Positions 1 to 9,661 of a stretch of 64,000 nucleotides of DNA are shown piece after piece. The notes under the pieces are model-generated. The model worked only from the letters and a program-made list of their open reading frames with translations. It did no database searches and was not told the DNA's origin. The stretch's first letter is position 1; every line of letters starts with the position of its first letter. The stretch covers positions 59,462-123,461 of the forward strand of contig BEHE01000002.1 in the NCBI GenBank assembly GCA_002898395.1, in the 5' to 3' direction. This DNA is from Candidatus Calditenuaceae archaeon HR02. Lineage in GTDB: Archaea > Thermoproteota > Nitrososphaeria_A > Caldarchaeales > Calditenuaceae. A program made the translations under genes and the position numbers.

Positions 1-899
1 TCAATTAGAAAGTAAATGTCCTCAGGAAAAGGGTAGGAAGGGGTTGGATATTCCCGTAATTCTGAGTCTACATCAAGTTGTATTATAAGGTCGTTGTACA
101 CCAGCCCCAATACTTTTGGAACAACGCTCTCGTCGTATTTTGTGAGTGAAACACTAAAGAATTGTAAGGGTCCGCGGGGTAGAGGATACAAGTCGAGCTC
201 TCCTAAGTAGTAGTGCTGTTTAAGCTGCTTTTGAAAGAATTTTTCAACGATAAGTGTCCGCATCGTTGTGTCGAGGATGAAGTTTTTTAGCATTTTTAGG
301 TTCATTTTCTCCACGGATCTGTGGAAGGCTGAGTAGAGCTCCCGTATTGTGGGGGTTGATGGCATGATGTTTGATATCTTCTCTAGCTCAATATTTCTGG
401 AGAGGAGCTCTACCCTCAAGAGATCCTCAACAAGCCATCTCGGGATCATGGACGTCTGCAATTCATCTAGCTTCTTTTCAACTAGAATCCCCACACTACG
501 GGCTAGGTCTGCCGGGATTTGAATCGCCTCCACCAACTGTTCAGCTATGATGTTCCTATTGATTGGCTCGAAAGAGTAGTCCCAATTAAGCACAATCAAC
601 TCGCCTGATACAGATTTACGTTGAAGGTTACGTACCACTTCGACCGCCCTCCTACCTAGCGGCGTTAGTGAGTATGTTCGAGACTTGCCCGAATATTCGA
701 TAAGACCTGCCCTCAACACTGTCTTGAGATGATATGTAAATTTCCCTACATCCTCCCGCTCACTTAATCCTGCATATTTCATCAGTTCGGAGAAGTTCAT
801 CTGCGACGTACTTAGGGCCTCTATTATTGAGAGTCTGATGGGTGAGGAAATTGCTTTCAAAATGGATGCTACCTCAGCTCTGCCATCCTCATGTCTCAT
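1..899 (-). CDS. ArsR-type winged-HTH protein fused to an ATP-cone-like/NrdD-N-terminal-like region (partial, runs off the left edge)
   Basis: Manual translation from ATG 899: MRHEDGRAEVASILKAISSPIRLSIIEALSTSQMNFSELMKYAGLSEREDVGKFTYHLKTVLRAGLIEY (ArsR HTH), then LIVLNWDYSFEPINRNIIAEQLVEAIQIPADLARSV (ATP-cone-like) and HYYLGELDLY. Open to the window edge, so absent from the ORF track. Confidence 0.7.
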   Translation of the reverse strand, partial: MRHEDGRAEVASILKAISSPIRLSIIEALSTSQMNFSELMKYAGLSEREDVGKFTYHLKTVLRAGLIEYSGKSRTYSLTPLGRRAVEVVRNLQRKSVSGELIVLNWDYSFEPINRNIIAEQLVEAIQIPADLARSVGILVEKKLDELQTSMIPRWLVEDLLRVELLSRNIELEKISNIMPSTPTIRELYSAFHRSVEKMNLKMLKNFILDTTMRTLIVEKFFQKQLKQHYYLGELDLYPLPRGPLQFFSVSLTKYDESVVPKVLGLVYNDLIIQLDVDSELREYPTPSYPFPEDIYFLI

Positions 900-1008
900 A
901 ACTTCCCTCTGCAGAAGACAAGCCTGCCACTAAAGCTTTACTGAGCCCAAAAACGCGATACCTTAAATTACTCCCAGTTGAGATTATTACCGAGTGGACT
1001 GGTCCAAC

Positions 1009-1082
1009 GGGCCCGTAGCTCAGCCAGGTAGAGCGGCCGGCTCATAACCGGTAGGTCGTGGGTTCGAATCCCACCGGGCCCA
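1009..1082 (+). tRNA. tRNA with CAU anticodon, probably tRNA-Ile2 (agmatidine type)
   Basis: Cloverleaf: GGGCCCG/CGGGCCC acceptor, GCTC/GAGC D stem, GCCGG-CTCATAA-CCGGT anticodon arm, GTTCGAATC T loop, discriminator A. The GGGCCC acceptor is typical of archaeal Ile rather than Met tRNAs. Confidence 0.93.
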
Positions 1083-1184
1083 CACGAGGCGGGTAGATAG
1101 TAATTATGGAATGTAATTACGAATGACGACTGGTTCGTAGGCATGGAAACGGATAAGGGAAAGAAAGGGGAGGGGTTTACGTTG

Positions 1185-2080
1185 TCATCGAATCGTCAGA
1201 AGAAGCCCTCTCTTCTTCAAATATTCCTCGAGTCTCTTCCTCTCGATCGTGAAACTGACCTTCTCGTAGAACGTCAGATTCGACTTCTTACTCACCTTGA
1301 CGTAATAACAGTCTTTTCTCTGTCTATACACTTTCCCCGTCTCTGGATCTCTAATCGGCGTTCCGGCCCGCTGACGCAATATCGGCTCATCTGAGGTCGT
1401 CTCTATTCCGATTCTGCTCAGCAGGTATATCACGTATTCTAGTAGCCTGTAGTCGGTGTTGGTCACCTCAATTATACCATTTTTACGAACGCAGCCCTCG
1501 CTGTCGAAGAATCCTCGTAAAAATGCCGCGATACATCTCTCGCAGTGCTCAACGTACGGTCTGATCTTCTCGATATCTATGGGTTTCTTGAGCAGTTCGT
1601 AAAGTGTTTTGGATGCGACTTCGACGACCCATCTACCGTCTTTATTCAGTCTTGGTATTGGTGGTTCCCTTCCCAGAACCCTCGCTATTGTCTTGGCATA
1701 GAACTCGCCGAACTCTTTGTCCTTGACCATTAATCCGATAAAGAATTCGTCATATGTTGGTGGCGGTTTACTTTTCTTCCAAACATAACCGTCTCCAGCC
1801 TCAACTCCGATCACGTAGGCTAGATCCTCTGAAGGCTTCAGGAACTCTAATGTCGGTACTCTGATTCCGTTGTAAGGAGAGTGTTTCCTATTGCACCATT
1901 CGCTGCAAGCGGACTTGCGGATAGTAACGTTATATCTTCTCTTTATCTCCTTGATTATTTGTCCGTAAGACAGTCCCTGTTTTCGGAGTTCAAGAACGTC
2001 CTCGTGGATCCTTATCCTCAGCCCCCTCGGGAGATAACTTCCCCCCTCTTCTCCATTATTTCTTCTCTCCTATCACCCAT
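1185..2080 (-). CDS. Free-standing LAGLIDADG homing endonuclease with N-terminal HTH; probable frameshift near the 5' end
   Basis: Two motifs, LAYVIGVEAGDG and FLRGFFDSEG. The frame extends upstream of the track start (GSYLPRGLRIRIHEDVLELRKQGLSYGQIIKEIKRRYNVTIRKS), but ATGs at 2080/2056 are out of frame across a G6 run (2041-2046). Confidence 0.85.
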
Positions 2081-2081
2081 T

Positions 2082-2890
2082 CTATACCACCTTTCTGAGT
2101 GCTAGGGTGTATTTGTGCTATAGGTCGTGGTTGTGTCCCTTTATTGTGTGGTATCTTGCTAGGCCGGTGTTTGATAGCTTGAACTTCAATGTCTCAACGT
2201 GTTTAAACCCGATGATCTCCGCCAGCTCTATTGTCAGATTGTTAGGCTTACTAGGTCTCTTGATAGCCTGTGTAGCTTGTTGTTCCTGAAGTTCTTTAGG
2301 ACTATAACTGCTAGGTCTCTGTTATTGTTGGTTCTGTTTAGGCATAGGTACATCGAGGCCAGTATCCCTAGCCATGCAGCCCTTAGATGTCTCCCAATCA
2401 TCAATACAAGATTCCCACCACTAGTAATGACTAGTTTCTCGAGCCTTGGCCTGAACCCGCTGTTTACCAGCAGGCCGTATGGTGGTGAAGTTATTATTAC
2501 GCGGCGTCTCTCACCGTTGAGCCGTCCCCTAGGCCTTATAGCCCCGTATAGACATGCCGCATTCATGCTGTAGGCGTCTAGTAGTGTGCTGTGGTTTGTC
2601 ACTGCAATCATCTCTCCCAAGAGCTCTTCAGCAATCTTGGCATACGTCGGCTCGACATCGTTGACTATTAGGTGGTTGTTGTCTGTGAGTCTGCAGGCTA
2701 TGGCGGGGATAAATCTAGGCCCCCAAAATGTGGGGAGTACCCCCTACCCCGGCCATAGGGTCTATAACAACATCTCCAACCCCAACACATCTCCTCCAGA
2801 GATAGTGGCTAGATGCTAAACCCTAGCAGTTTTAGTGGAAGACTTTTACTTGTAGATATGATGTTACTGCTGGCTTCAGGCTTAGGATGC
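2082..2890 (-). pseudogene. Degenerate amino-DNA methyltransferase (N4-C/N6-A type)
   Basis: Broken frames give GDVVIDPMAGVG (SAM motif I, ~2741-2778), HLIVNDVEPTY, VIITSPPYG (catalytic motif IV, ~2477-2497), LAVIVLKNFR and IELAEIIGFKHVETLKFKL...HKYTLALRK, with several stops and frameshifts. Confidence 0.75.
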
Positions 2891-3648
2891 CTGTGAGCAA
2901 GAAATATCTACTCCAGCCAGAGCTACTACTAGGGGAGAAGTCCATCCATATCGACTTATGGATAGAGGATGGAATATCGTATAGGCCTAGGGAGAGAGGC
3001 TAGACTCGGATTATTACATACCGCATATCCAGCCGAACTATAGGTGTGGGGAGGGATACTGCCCTGTCTGCCAATCAAGCTGGGACAAAGGCGACCACTA
3101 CCCATACTGCAGTAGAAAACCCAGAAAAAAGCCAAGAAAAAACAGTGAGAAGAGATACATAAATAGAGGATCTGGAATAGTTAAGGCCTAAAAGTATCAC
3201 TCTCAATAACAATGGCGTAGAAGTTATTCTCAAACTCCATTACCTCGGAATGGTATAATCCCCACCCAACGCCGTTAAATATTATTATAATAGGCAGGGG
3301 GGATAAGGGGGGGTCGTCTGAGCTTCATCATTCTCCTGCCGATACTTTCTTCAAAATCTCACAAGTCTTCCACCAATCCTCCTTTTCGCTTACTCCTATC
3401 CCATCCTTTATTGAGAGTTAGACGAGATGCCGCTTTCTAGGTATTGAGGAACTTCAGGTAGTCCTTTGGATAGATATACGTCGCATATACGTCCATCTTA
3501 GATTCCATCCACATCCATTGGGACGTGAGTGGTGTGGACGAAAAATCTATGAATGCTCTAGTTTCGGTGGACTAAGTTCTTCCAAAGGACTTATCATCGA
3601 ATAATAAGTAGTTGAGTAATTGAGGGTGTTGTTATTCCTCAGTCTTGA

Positions 3649-4188
3649 TTATTTGCTTCTCCATCTAATGATGTATCCTAGGCCGCCTAGAATTACTCCG
3701 AGGGCGAGCAGCACTATGAATATTGTTATCCATAAGGGATAGCCCAAGGGTATGCCGTAGAAGATGTTCGTGTGGACTTGTCCAGGGTTCCATCCTCTTC
3801 CGCCCACCTCGGGTGGGAGCATTGCGGCGCCTCCTAGATATCCCCCCAGCATCATCAGACCTGAAGCTCCTAACACTCCCACATTCATCAAGAATAGGTG
3901 GGACCATGCTAGCTTGTCGGCAATCCCTGTATAGGGCTTCCCCAAGACCGATTCGATGTAGTGGTAGAACAGCGCCGTGACGGCCACCCCCATGACACCT
4001 ACGATGAGGTATGTCACGTAGCCCATCGTGAACCACATACCCGCTGACCCAAAGGCTATTACTCGGCTAGGCTCAGGCCTCAAGAAAAAAATCTGCCCTA
4101 TGACGATATACAGTGTAATCAGCGTAGCAATTGCTCCTTGGACGATCGCAGCGCCTATAAAACGAGAAGCCCATTTACTTGCCTGCAT
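3649..4188 (-). CDS. Uncharacterised 4-TM membrane protein, loosely resembling heme-copper oxidase subunit I fragments
   Basis: Four hydrophobic segments; His in LAWSHLFLMNVG and GQVH. Confidence 0.6.
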   Translation of the reverse strand: MQASKWASRFIGAAIVQGAIATLITLYIVIGQIFFLRPEPSRVIAFGSAGMWFTMGYVTYLIVGVMGVAVTALFYHYIESVLGKPYTGIADKLAWSHLFLMNVGVLGASGLMMLGGYLGGAAMLPPEVGGRGWNPGQVHTNIFYGIPLGYPLWITIFIVLLALGVILGGLGYIIRWRSK

Positions 4189-4393
4189 ATACTATCAAAC
4201 ACCCCCTTTCATCTCTATAACCTATGCTAAAATTTAATCTTTACCCTTAAGATGCATAATTTTTCATGAATATCCACGTAGTAGTTTCTTTTTCGCGAAC
4301 TCGCCCACCTCACTGCTAAGAGGAGAGAAGTTGGTCCAGGCCTCAGCGGGGGGATTGCCTCTATATACTCCCGCTCATTTAAAGTAATGTGCT

Positions 4394-6550
4394 ATGGATC
4401 CATTGGTTTTTACCATTACTGTGGGATTGCTCGGTGCTGCCGCTTCGGTGCTCCTAATAGCGTATGTAGAGAGGCTTCCTAAAGGTGATGAGGGGTTTGT
4501 TAATATTTGGCGCGCAATCCGGGAAGGTGCGAGCGCGTATCTTAAGAGGCAGTTTAAGACGATCGCCATCATCGCGGCTGCCTTAGCTACCTTGATTCTG
4601 GGCAGCTTCTCCATCTTTCCTCAGCTGGGGGGACTCAGATACGGCATCGCCATGGCAGGCAGCTTCCTATTGGGCGTTTGCTTCTCCCTCATCGCAGCGT
4701 TCATAGCGATGGATGCCGCTACAAGGGCTAACGTAAGGACAACGTATGCGGCCTCTCGGAGCAGTGTGCAGGCACTTCGAGTGGCGACGCTCGGCGGCGC
4801 GTCACTGGGTCTAGCAGTGATCGCTATGAGCCTTCTGGGCCTCTCTATTCTTTACGTTGTTTTCAGGGACCCTGGACTTCTGGCGGGCTTCGGGTTTGGG
4901 GCTAGTCTAGCTGCACTGTTCGCCCAACTCGGTGGAGGGATATATACTAAGAGTGCTGATATTGGTGCAGACCTTGTTGGAAAAGTGGAGGCGGGCATAC
5001 CGGAGGACGACCCTAGAAACCCCGCAGTGGTAGCCGACCTGGTTGGTGATAATGTCGGGGACGAGGCGGGTAGGGGAGCTGACCTCTTCGAGTCGGTCAC
5101 AGCCGAGAATCTTGGAGGAATGATAATAGCTCTCGTAGTGTCTATAGTATTGTTCAATGGTATTAATGAGCTGTATGTTGTCACTCCACTAATAATTAGG
5201 GCTCTCGGAGTTATAGCCACGTTCGCAGGCGTTTCTTGGGCGGTCTCGAGGAAGGGTTTTAGAGAGGCCATAGGCCCGCTTCGAGAGGGCCTGATAGTTA
5301 CGGGCATATTGGCGGCTGTTATGATGTATCTCGCCAGCTGGCTCATATTCGGACCCCAGGGCCTGCCGCTTTACGTTACAATGATTATCGGGCTGATCGC
5401 GGGCATCTTGATAATGTTTTATAGCGAGTTTTACACAGGCTTGAAGTCCAGATATGTCTCGGTGATTGCTCAGAATTCCCAGTCGGGACCAGCCCTTACC
5501 GCGATGACGGGAATATCGACCGGCATGATCTCTTCGATGCTTCCAGTTGCTACGGTTGTCGTGGCTGTAGCCCTCTCATTCTGGCTAGGGAGCTATTGGT
5601 CCGGCATCGCTGGTCTAGGTGACCCACTGCTGGGCGGGATTTATGGTACGACAATGGCGACTATGGGAATGCTCTCGACCGCTGGATTCATCTTGACCAT
5701 GGATGGCGTGGGGCCCATCGTGGATAATGCGGGAGGGATAGCAGAGATGGCTAACGCTGAGCCAGTCATTAGGGAGAGGCTCGAACCGCTTGACGCGCTC
5801 GGAAACACTACAAAGGCTCTTACAAAGTCTTATGCCATGGGCTCGGCAGCCCTAGCAGCCCTTCTTCTATTCCAAGCCTTCCTCCTGGAGGTGGCGAGGT
5901 ATATGGCGGGCATCTATGAGCTCGTGCTGATAGGGCCGGGGGAGGCTGACCGTCTCTTGAGGAGCGTCGAGATGCTTAGCTCGGGACTCCAGCTCAACTC
6001 GCCCGCCGTGGTAATAGGGCTTTTCATAGGGGGTATGATACCTTTCCTCTTCTCGGGGCAGGCAATGAATGCTGTAGCCAGCGGCGCATACCGCATGGTG
6101 GAGGAGGTGAGGAGACAGTTTGCATCAATACCGGGGATAATGGATGGAAGCGGTAGGCCAGAGTATGGGCGGTGTGTAGATATCTCCACTTCGACAGCTT
6201 TAAGACTGATGATTACGCCCACGTTGACGGTGACCCTTTCCCCGATCTTGATAGGCGTGTTGCTTGGCTGGAAGGCAGTTGGCTCCCTAGTATTGGGTGC
6301 GACGATCTCTGCGATACCACTGGCGATCATGGGGTTCTATGGTGGAGCGGCGATGGATAATGCGAAGAAGCTCCTCGAGATTGGGGGCAAGAAGGGAACT
6401 GATGCTCATAAAGCGGCAGTCGTTGGCGACACACTGGGAGATCCCATGAAAGACACTTACGCGCCGAGCCTACACATCCTGATAAAACTGCTTAATACGC
6501 TGTCCCTTGTGTTTATCCCGCTCTTTATGATTGGGCTAATACCACTCTAG
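4394..6550 (+). CDS. hppA: Membrane H+-translocating pyrophosphatase, K+-independent type
   Basis: GGGIYTKSADIGADLVGKVE, EDDPRNP, DNVGD, GPIVDNAGG, GNTTKALTK (Lys = K+-independent signature), GDTLGDPMKD. Confidence 0.97.
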   Translation: MDPLVFTITVGLLGAAASVLLIAYVERLPKGDEGFVNIWRAIREGASAYLKRQFKTIAIIAAALATLILGSFSIFPQLGGLRYGIAMAGSFLLGVCFSLIAAFIAMDAATRANVRTTYAASRSSVQALRVATLGGASLGLAVIAMSLLGLSILYVVFRDPGLLAGFGFGASLAALFAQLGGGIYTKSADIGADLVGKVEAGIPEDDPRNPAVVADLVGDNVGDEAGRGADLFESVTAENLGGMIIALVVSIVLFNGINELYVVTPLIIRALGVIATFAGVSWAVSRKGFREAIGPLREGLIVTGILAAVMMYLASWLIFGPQGLPLYVTMIIGLIAGILIMFYSEFYTGLKSRYVSVIAQNSQSGPALTAMTGISTGMISSMLPVATVVVAVALSFWLGSYWSGIAGLGDPLLGGIYGTTMATMGMLSTAGFILTMDGVGPIVDNAGGIAEMANAEPVIRERLEPLDALGNTTKALTKSYAMGSAALAALLLFQAFLLEVARYMAGIYELVLIGPGEADRLLRSVEMLSSGLQLNSPAVVIGLFIGGMIPFLFSGQAMNAVASGAYRMVEEVRRQFASIPGIMDGSGRPEYGRCVDISTSTALRLMITPTLTVTLSPILIGVLLGWKAVGSLVLGATISAIPLAIMGFYGGAAMDNAKKLLEIGGKKGTDAHKAAVVGDTLGDPMKDTYAPSLHILIKLLNTLSLVFIPLFMIGLIPL

Positions 6551-7728
6551 GGCCGCTCCCCCAACACCACCGCAACGTTTAACGTCTCACCGCCCCTAAG
6601 GATAGTCAGCAACACTGTGTCTCCAGGACTCGTCTTCTCAACCATGTATGTCAGAAGGTCGTCCATGCTAGTGACCGGGTTACCGTTTATCGCCACTATA
6701 ACATCACCTCCGACTCTATACTCTCTCCCAGCAACCACGAGGGTCCTAGAGCCTCCCTTGATACCGGCCTTATCCGCCGGACCATTCGGAACTACGCTCT
6801 CCACCAACAACCCTTTCTTCACACCGAGTCCAAGCTCACTGGCAATTAGTGCGTCTATCTCTCTACCCGAGATCCCAAGATAGCTGTGGGTATATCCGCC
6901 CTTTTCGATTAGTTCTGGAACTATACGCCTCACAACGTTTGATGATATTGCATACCCAATCCCCGCGAACTGCCCCGTAGTCGATTCTATCGCAGTGGCA
7001 ACACCTACAACTTCCCCCCTCATATTGAGAATAGGTCCTCCAGAGTTTCCAGGGTTCACGGCAGCATCTATCTGTATTATTCCGGGAATGAGGTATCCTC
7101 TACTTGAAGGTAAAAGCCTACCCTTCTGGCTGACAATGCCTGTCGTAACACTTCCCGTAAGCTCGAAGGGGTTACCGATAACGATTATCTGGTCGCCAAT
7201 CTGGAGTTCGCTCGAGTTACCGAGCCTTAAAGGCTTGAATGACCTAGTCTCCCCACTCCCAACTATCTTCAATACCGCCAAGTCCGTGTCAGGATCTCTC
7301 CCCACGAGCTCTGCCCTATAAGCACTCCCATCGATAAAGTAGACATAGTACTCCAGCCCACCTTCAACCACGTGATTATTCGTAACCACATGTCCCTTTG
7401 GGTCATAGACGAATCCGGAGCCTACAGACTCTCCAAACCTATAGAGCGTTCTTATCTCGACTACAGAATCTTTAACCATTTCATAGACCCGCGTCACATT
7501 ATACTGAATTGTTACGACGGCTGTATGGGCTGGCCGGGAATTCTCAATTGAACTTATCTCAGCCCTCGCCTCCTGCAGGTCTTTTCTGAGAGACTCTATC
7601 TTTGATTCCAGCGCAGCTATTTGAGAGGTGAGCGTCGACAGGTTTTGCTGGTAATCTATGACTTGAAGGAATAGGATTGCTATGAGGGCGAGAGATGCTG
7701 CTGATATGGCTATCGAAACCTTGCTCAT
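6547..7728 (-). CDS. htrA: HtrA/DegP serine protease with membrane anchor, coiled coil and PDZ
   Basis: GSGF, TNNHVV, DLAVLK, GNSGGP, C-terminal PDZ. Confidence 0.95.
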   Translation of the reverse strand: MSKVSIAISAASLALIAILFLQVIDYQQNLSTLTSQIAALESKIESLRKDLQEARAEISSIENSRPAHTAVVTIQYNVTRVYEMVKDSVVEIRTLYRFGESVGSGFVYDPKGHVVTNNHVVEGGLEYYVYFIDGSAYRAELVGRDPDTDLAVLKIVGSGETRSFKPLRLGNSSELQIGDQIIVIGNPFELTGSVTTGIVSQKGRLLPSSRGYLIPGIIQIDAAVNPGNSGGPILNMRGEVVGVATAIESTTGQFAGIGYAISSNVVRRIVPELIEKGGYTHSYLGISGREIDALIASELGLGVKKGLLVESVVPNGPADKAGIKGGSRTLVVAGREYRVGGDVIVAINGNPVTSMDDLLTYMVEKTSPGDTVLLTILRGGETLNVAVVLGERP

Positions 7729-7734
7729 ACTGAA

Positions 7735-9018
7735 TCACCCAGTCCTGGTTCCAATACGCTTCAACGCTTTCTCGATACCTGTTCCATACTGTGCGGCCTT
7801 CTTCTCCTTCTCTACCAGCTCGGACGGCAGACCCGCAAGCCTCGCAACACTCCTCAACACCACTTTCCTAACACCTCTAGAAATCTTGAAATTAAGTGGT
7901 AGATTATATGCATTGTTGATGATTCGTTCATCCAAGTAGGGGGTTGTTAACAGGCATCCCCCCAACGCTGCTGAAGCGTAGTCCCTCGGCAGGCTTCTGA
8001 ACCAGAGAGTGTCTAGGTCTCTCCTCATCTCCTCCTCCACGCCTGGTTGATTGCCACTCTCAAGCATGCGCAGATACTTCATATACCCCCCAAACAGCTC
8101 GTCCGCTCCCTGACCACTCACCACTTGCCTACGGCCATGCGAAGCAGCAGCCCTAGCCCCTTCGTAAACAAGCAAGGCAAGCGCCCTATCCATTAGAGAT
8201 TGAAGGATCAGGTTTTTCGTCAGGTAGCTGGATGTGTAGGCTATCTCTTGCTCAGACAGTGGTACTTTTACGTAGTCGATGTGAAGAAGCTTTGCTGCCT
8301 TCTCCGAGAAGGAGAGGTCGTGTGACCCGCCCAGACCGACCGAGATTGCCAGGGGGGCTAGGCCGAGCTCAACACACACCCACACCAGCAGTGAGCTATC
8401 AATGCCGCCAGAGAAGAGTACAGCACATTTCTTCGCTACAGACCGTTTAACCGCGGCCACCAACTCTTCGAAAAGCAACTCCGATACATCTTGCAAGTTT
8501 ATGGGAAGTGCGGTCCTTGAAGAAGTACATTCCTGTTTTTCCCCGGTTTTAGGCCCGTTGAATCTGAGCAACATCTCGCTGCAAGGAGGGACGACTTTTT
8601 CCGGGCCGGGATGGAGGCCGACTATGTAGGGTGGAGACGCGACGGTGATTATCTCGCCAGAGCTATAATACGATAGGGGTGGTGAGCCTACCTGCCTAGA
8701 CTTCAGCCTAACCACCTCGCGACGTATCTCTATCTCAGAGGTGAAGGGAGAGTCGGCAAGTTCTCCGACTCCTAGGATGCTGGAAGGTGTCAAGTGGACT
8801 GCAATACCGTCCCGTCCCTCTTCCACAACCCTCTCACCTGCGTGATGGACAACCAGCCCCACCCGCCCCTTCGCCTCGGACAATTCGCGGGGAGAGATAC
8901 GAGAACCATCTATGAAAACCTCATTCACAGGCCACCTATAAGACATCCTTAGTACCCGGTCAATTAGACTGGAGAGGAACACATCACACCTGGAGACCAC
9001 CGCGTACACTATCGCCAT
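7735..9018 (-). CDS. Asparagine synthetase-family protein (synthetase domain intact, Ntn domain divergent)
   Basis: FSGGIDSS PP-loop, SGQGADELFGGY, K..LR..A and KKAAQYGTG motifs. Confidence 0.85.
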   Translation of the reverse strand: MAIVYAVVSRCDVFLSSLIDRVLRMSYRWPVNEVFIDGSRISPRELSEAKGRVGLVVHHAGERVVEEGRDGIAVHLTPSSILGVGELADSPFTSEIEIRREVVRLKSRQVGSPPLSYYSSGEIITVASPPYIVGLHPGPEKVVPPCSEMLLRFNGPKTGEKQECTSSRTALPINLQDVSELLFEELVAAVKRSVAKKCAVLFSGGIDSSLLVWVCVELGLAPLAISVGLGGSHDLSFSEKAAKLLHIDYVKVPLSEQEIAYTSSYLTKNLILQSLMDRALALLVYEGARAAASHGRRQVVSGQGADELFGGYMKYLRMLESGNQPGVEEEMRRDLDTLWFRSLPRDYASAALGGCLLTTPYLDERIINNAYNLPLNFKISRGVRKVVLRSVARLAGLPSELVEKEKKAAQYGTGIEKALKRIGTRTG

Positions 9019-9044
9019 TGAGACTAGTTTGACCCTAGACGCTC

Positions 9045-9533
9045 TTATTCTCTCTTAAGCTTTTTCTCAACCCGCCTGAGTAGGGGGTCGGGCAGCCTTA
9101 TCTCTGGGTCGCTCCTTATTGCTGGGTGATACGGGTCAATCATTATCACCTCGAACCACTTATACACGCTATCATAAGTCAGCGGGTAGCCGCCGATTGG
9201 GTAGAGGTTGGGATATTTTTTCCTAGCTCTGTTTATCGCCTCTTCGAGCATTGTTACATTGACTTTGTGTAGAACTGTGCCGAGGGCCTTCTGCCTCCTG
9301 CCCGAGTTTGGCCGCGGCTTGCTGAAACCACCCCTCCTAACCCTAACCCTTAAGACCACGAAGCCCTGCTTCGCTTTGTACCCAATGCTTTTAGCCCGGT
9401 CAATCCTTAATGGCTTCTCTACGCGGACCACGGATGGCTCCCGCCTCCAGAGAACCCTCCTAGCCCTGAGAATAGCCTTCAGCTCATCCGGCCGATTCCT
9501 CCAAGCCTGATTCAAGAGAGCGTATAGGCCCAT
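9045..9533 (-). CDS. rpl15e: 50S ribosomal protein L15e (eL15)
   Basis: WRREPSVVRVEKPLRIDRAKSIGYKAKQGFVVLRVRVRRGG; YKWFEVIMIDPYHP. Confidence 0.96.
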   Translation of the reverse strand: MGLYALLNQAWRNRPDELKAILRARRVLWRREPSVVRVEKPLRIDRAKSIGYKAKQGFVVLRVRVRRGGFSKPRPNSGRRQKALGTVLHKVNVTMLEEAINRARKKYPNLYPIGGYPLTYDSVYKWFEVIMIDPYHPAIRSDPEIRLPDPLLRRVEKKLKRE

Positions 9534-9661
9534 GTCCCGTCCAGCCCTGAGCGCCCCAATGACACTCTAGCCTCCATGATAAATACCCTTAAAGGTCTGA
9601 GAGTTGCCAAGATGTGGCGATAAAGGGGTTTTATATATCTGTACAATCTTTTACGGATGGA

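Noticed and set aside
1009-1082. tRNA-Met (initiator or elongator)
   Set aside because: No A1-U72 pair or GGG/CCC anticodon stem; the acceptor resembles archaeal Ile tRNAs. Elongator Met is not fully excluded.
1185-2080. Intron- or intein-encoded endonuclease
   Set aside because: Not inside an rRNA, tRNA or host CDS; no intein terminal motifs.
3325-3600. Minus-strand coding remnant (MWMESKMDVY...WWKTCEILKK)
   Set aside because: Interrupted by stops and not assignable to a family; treated as islet debris.
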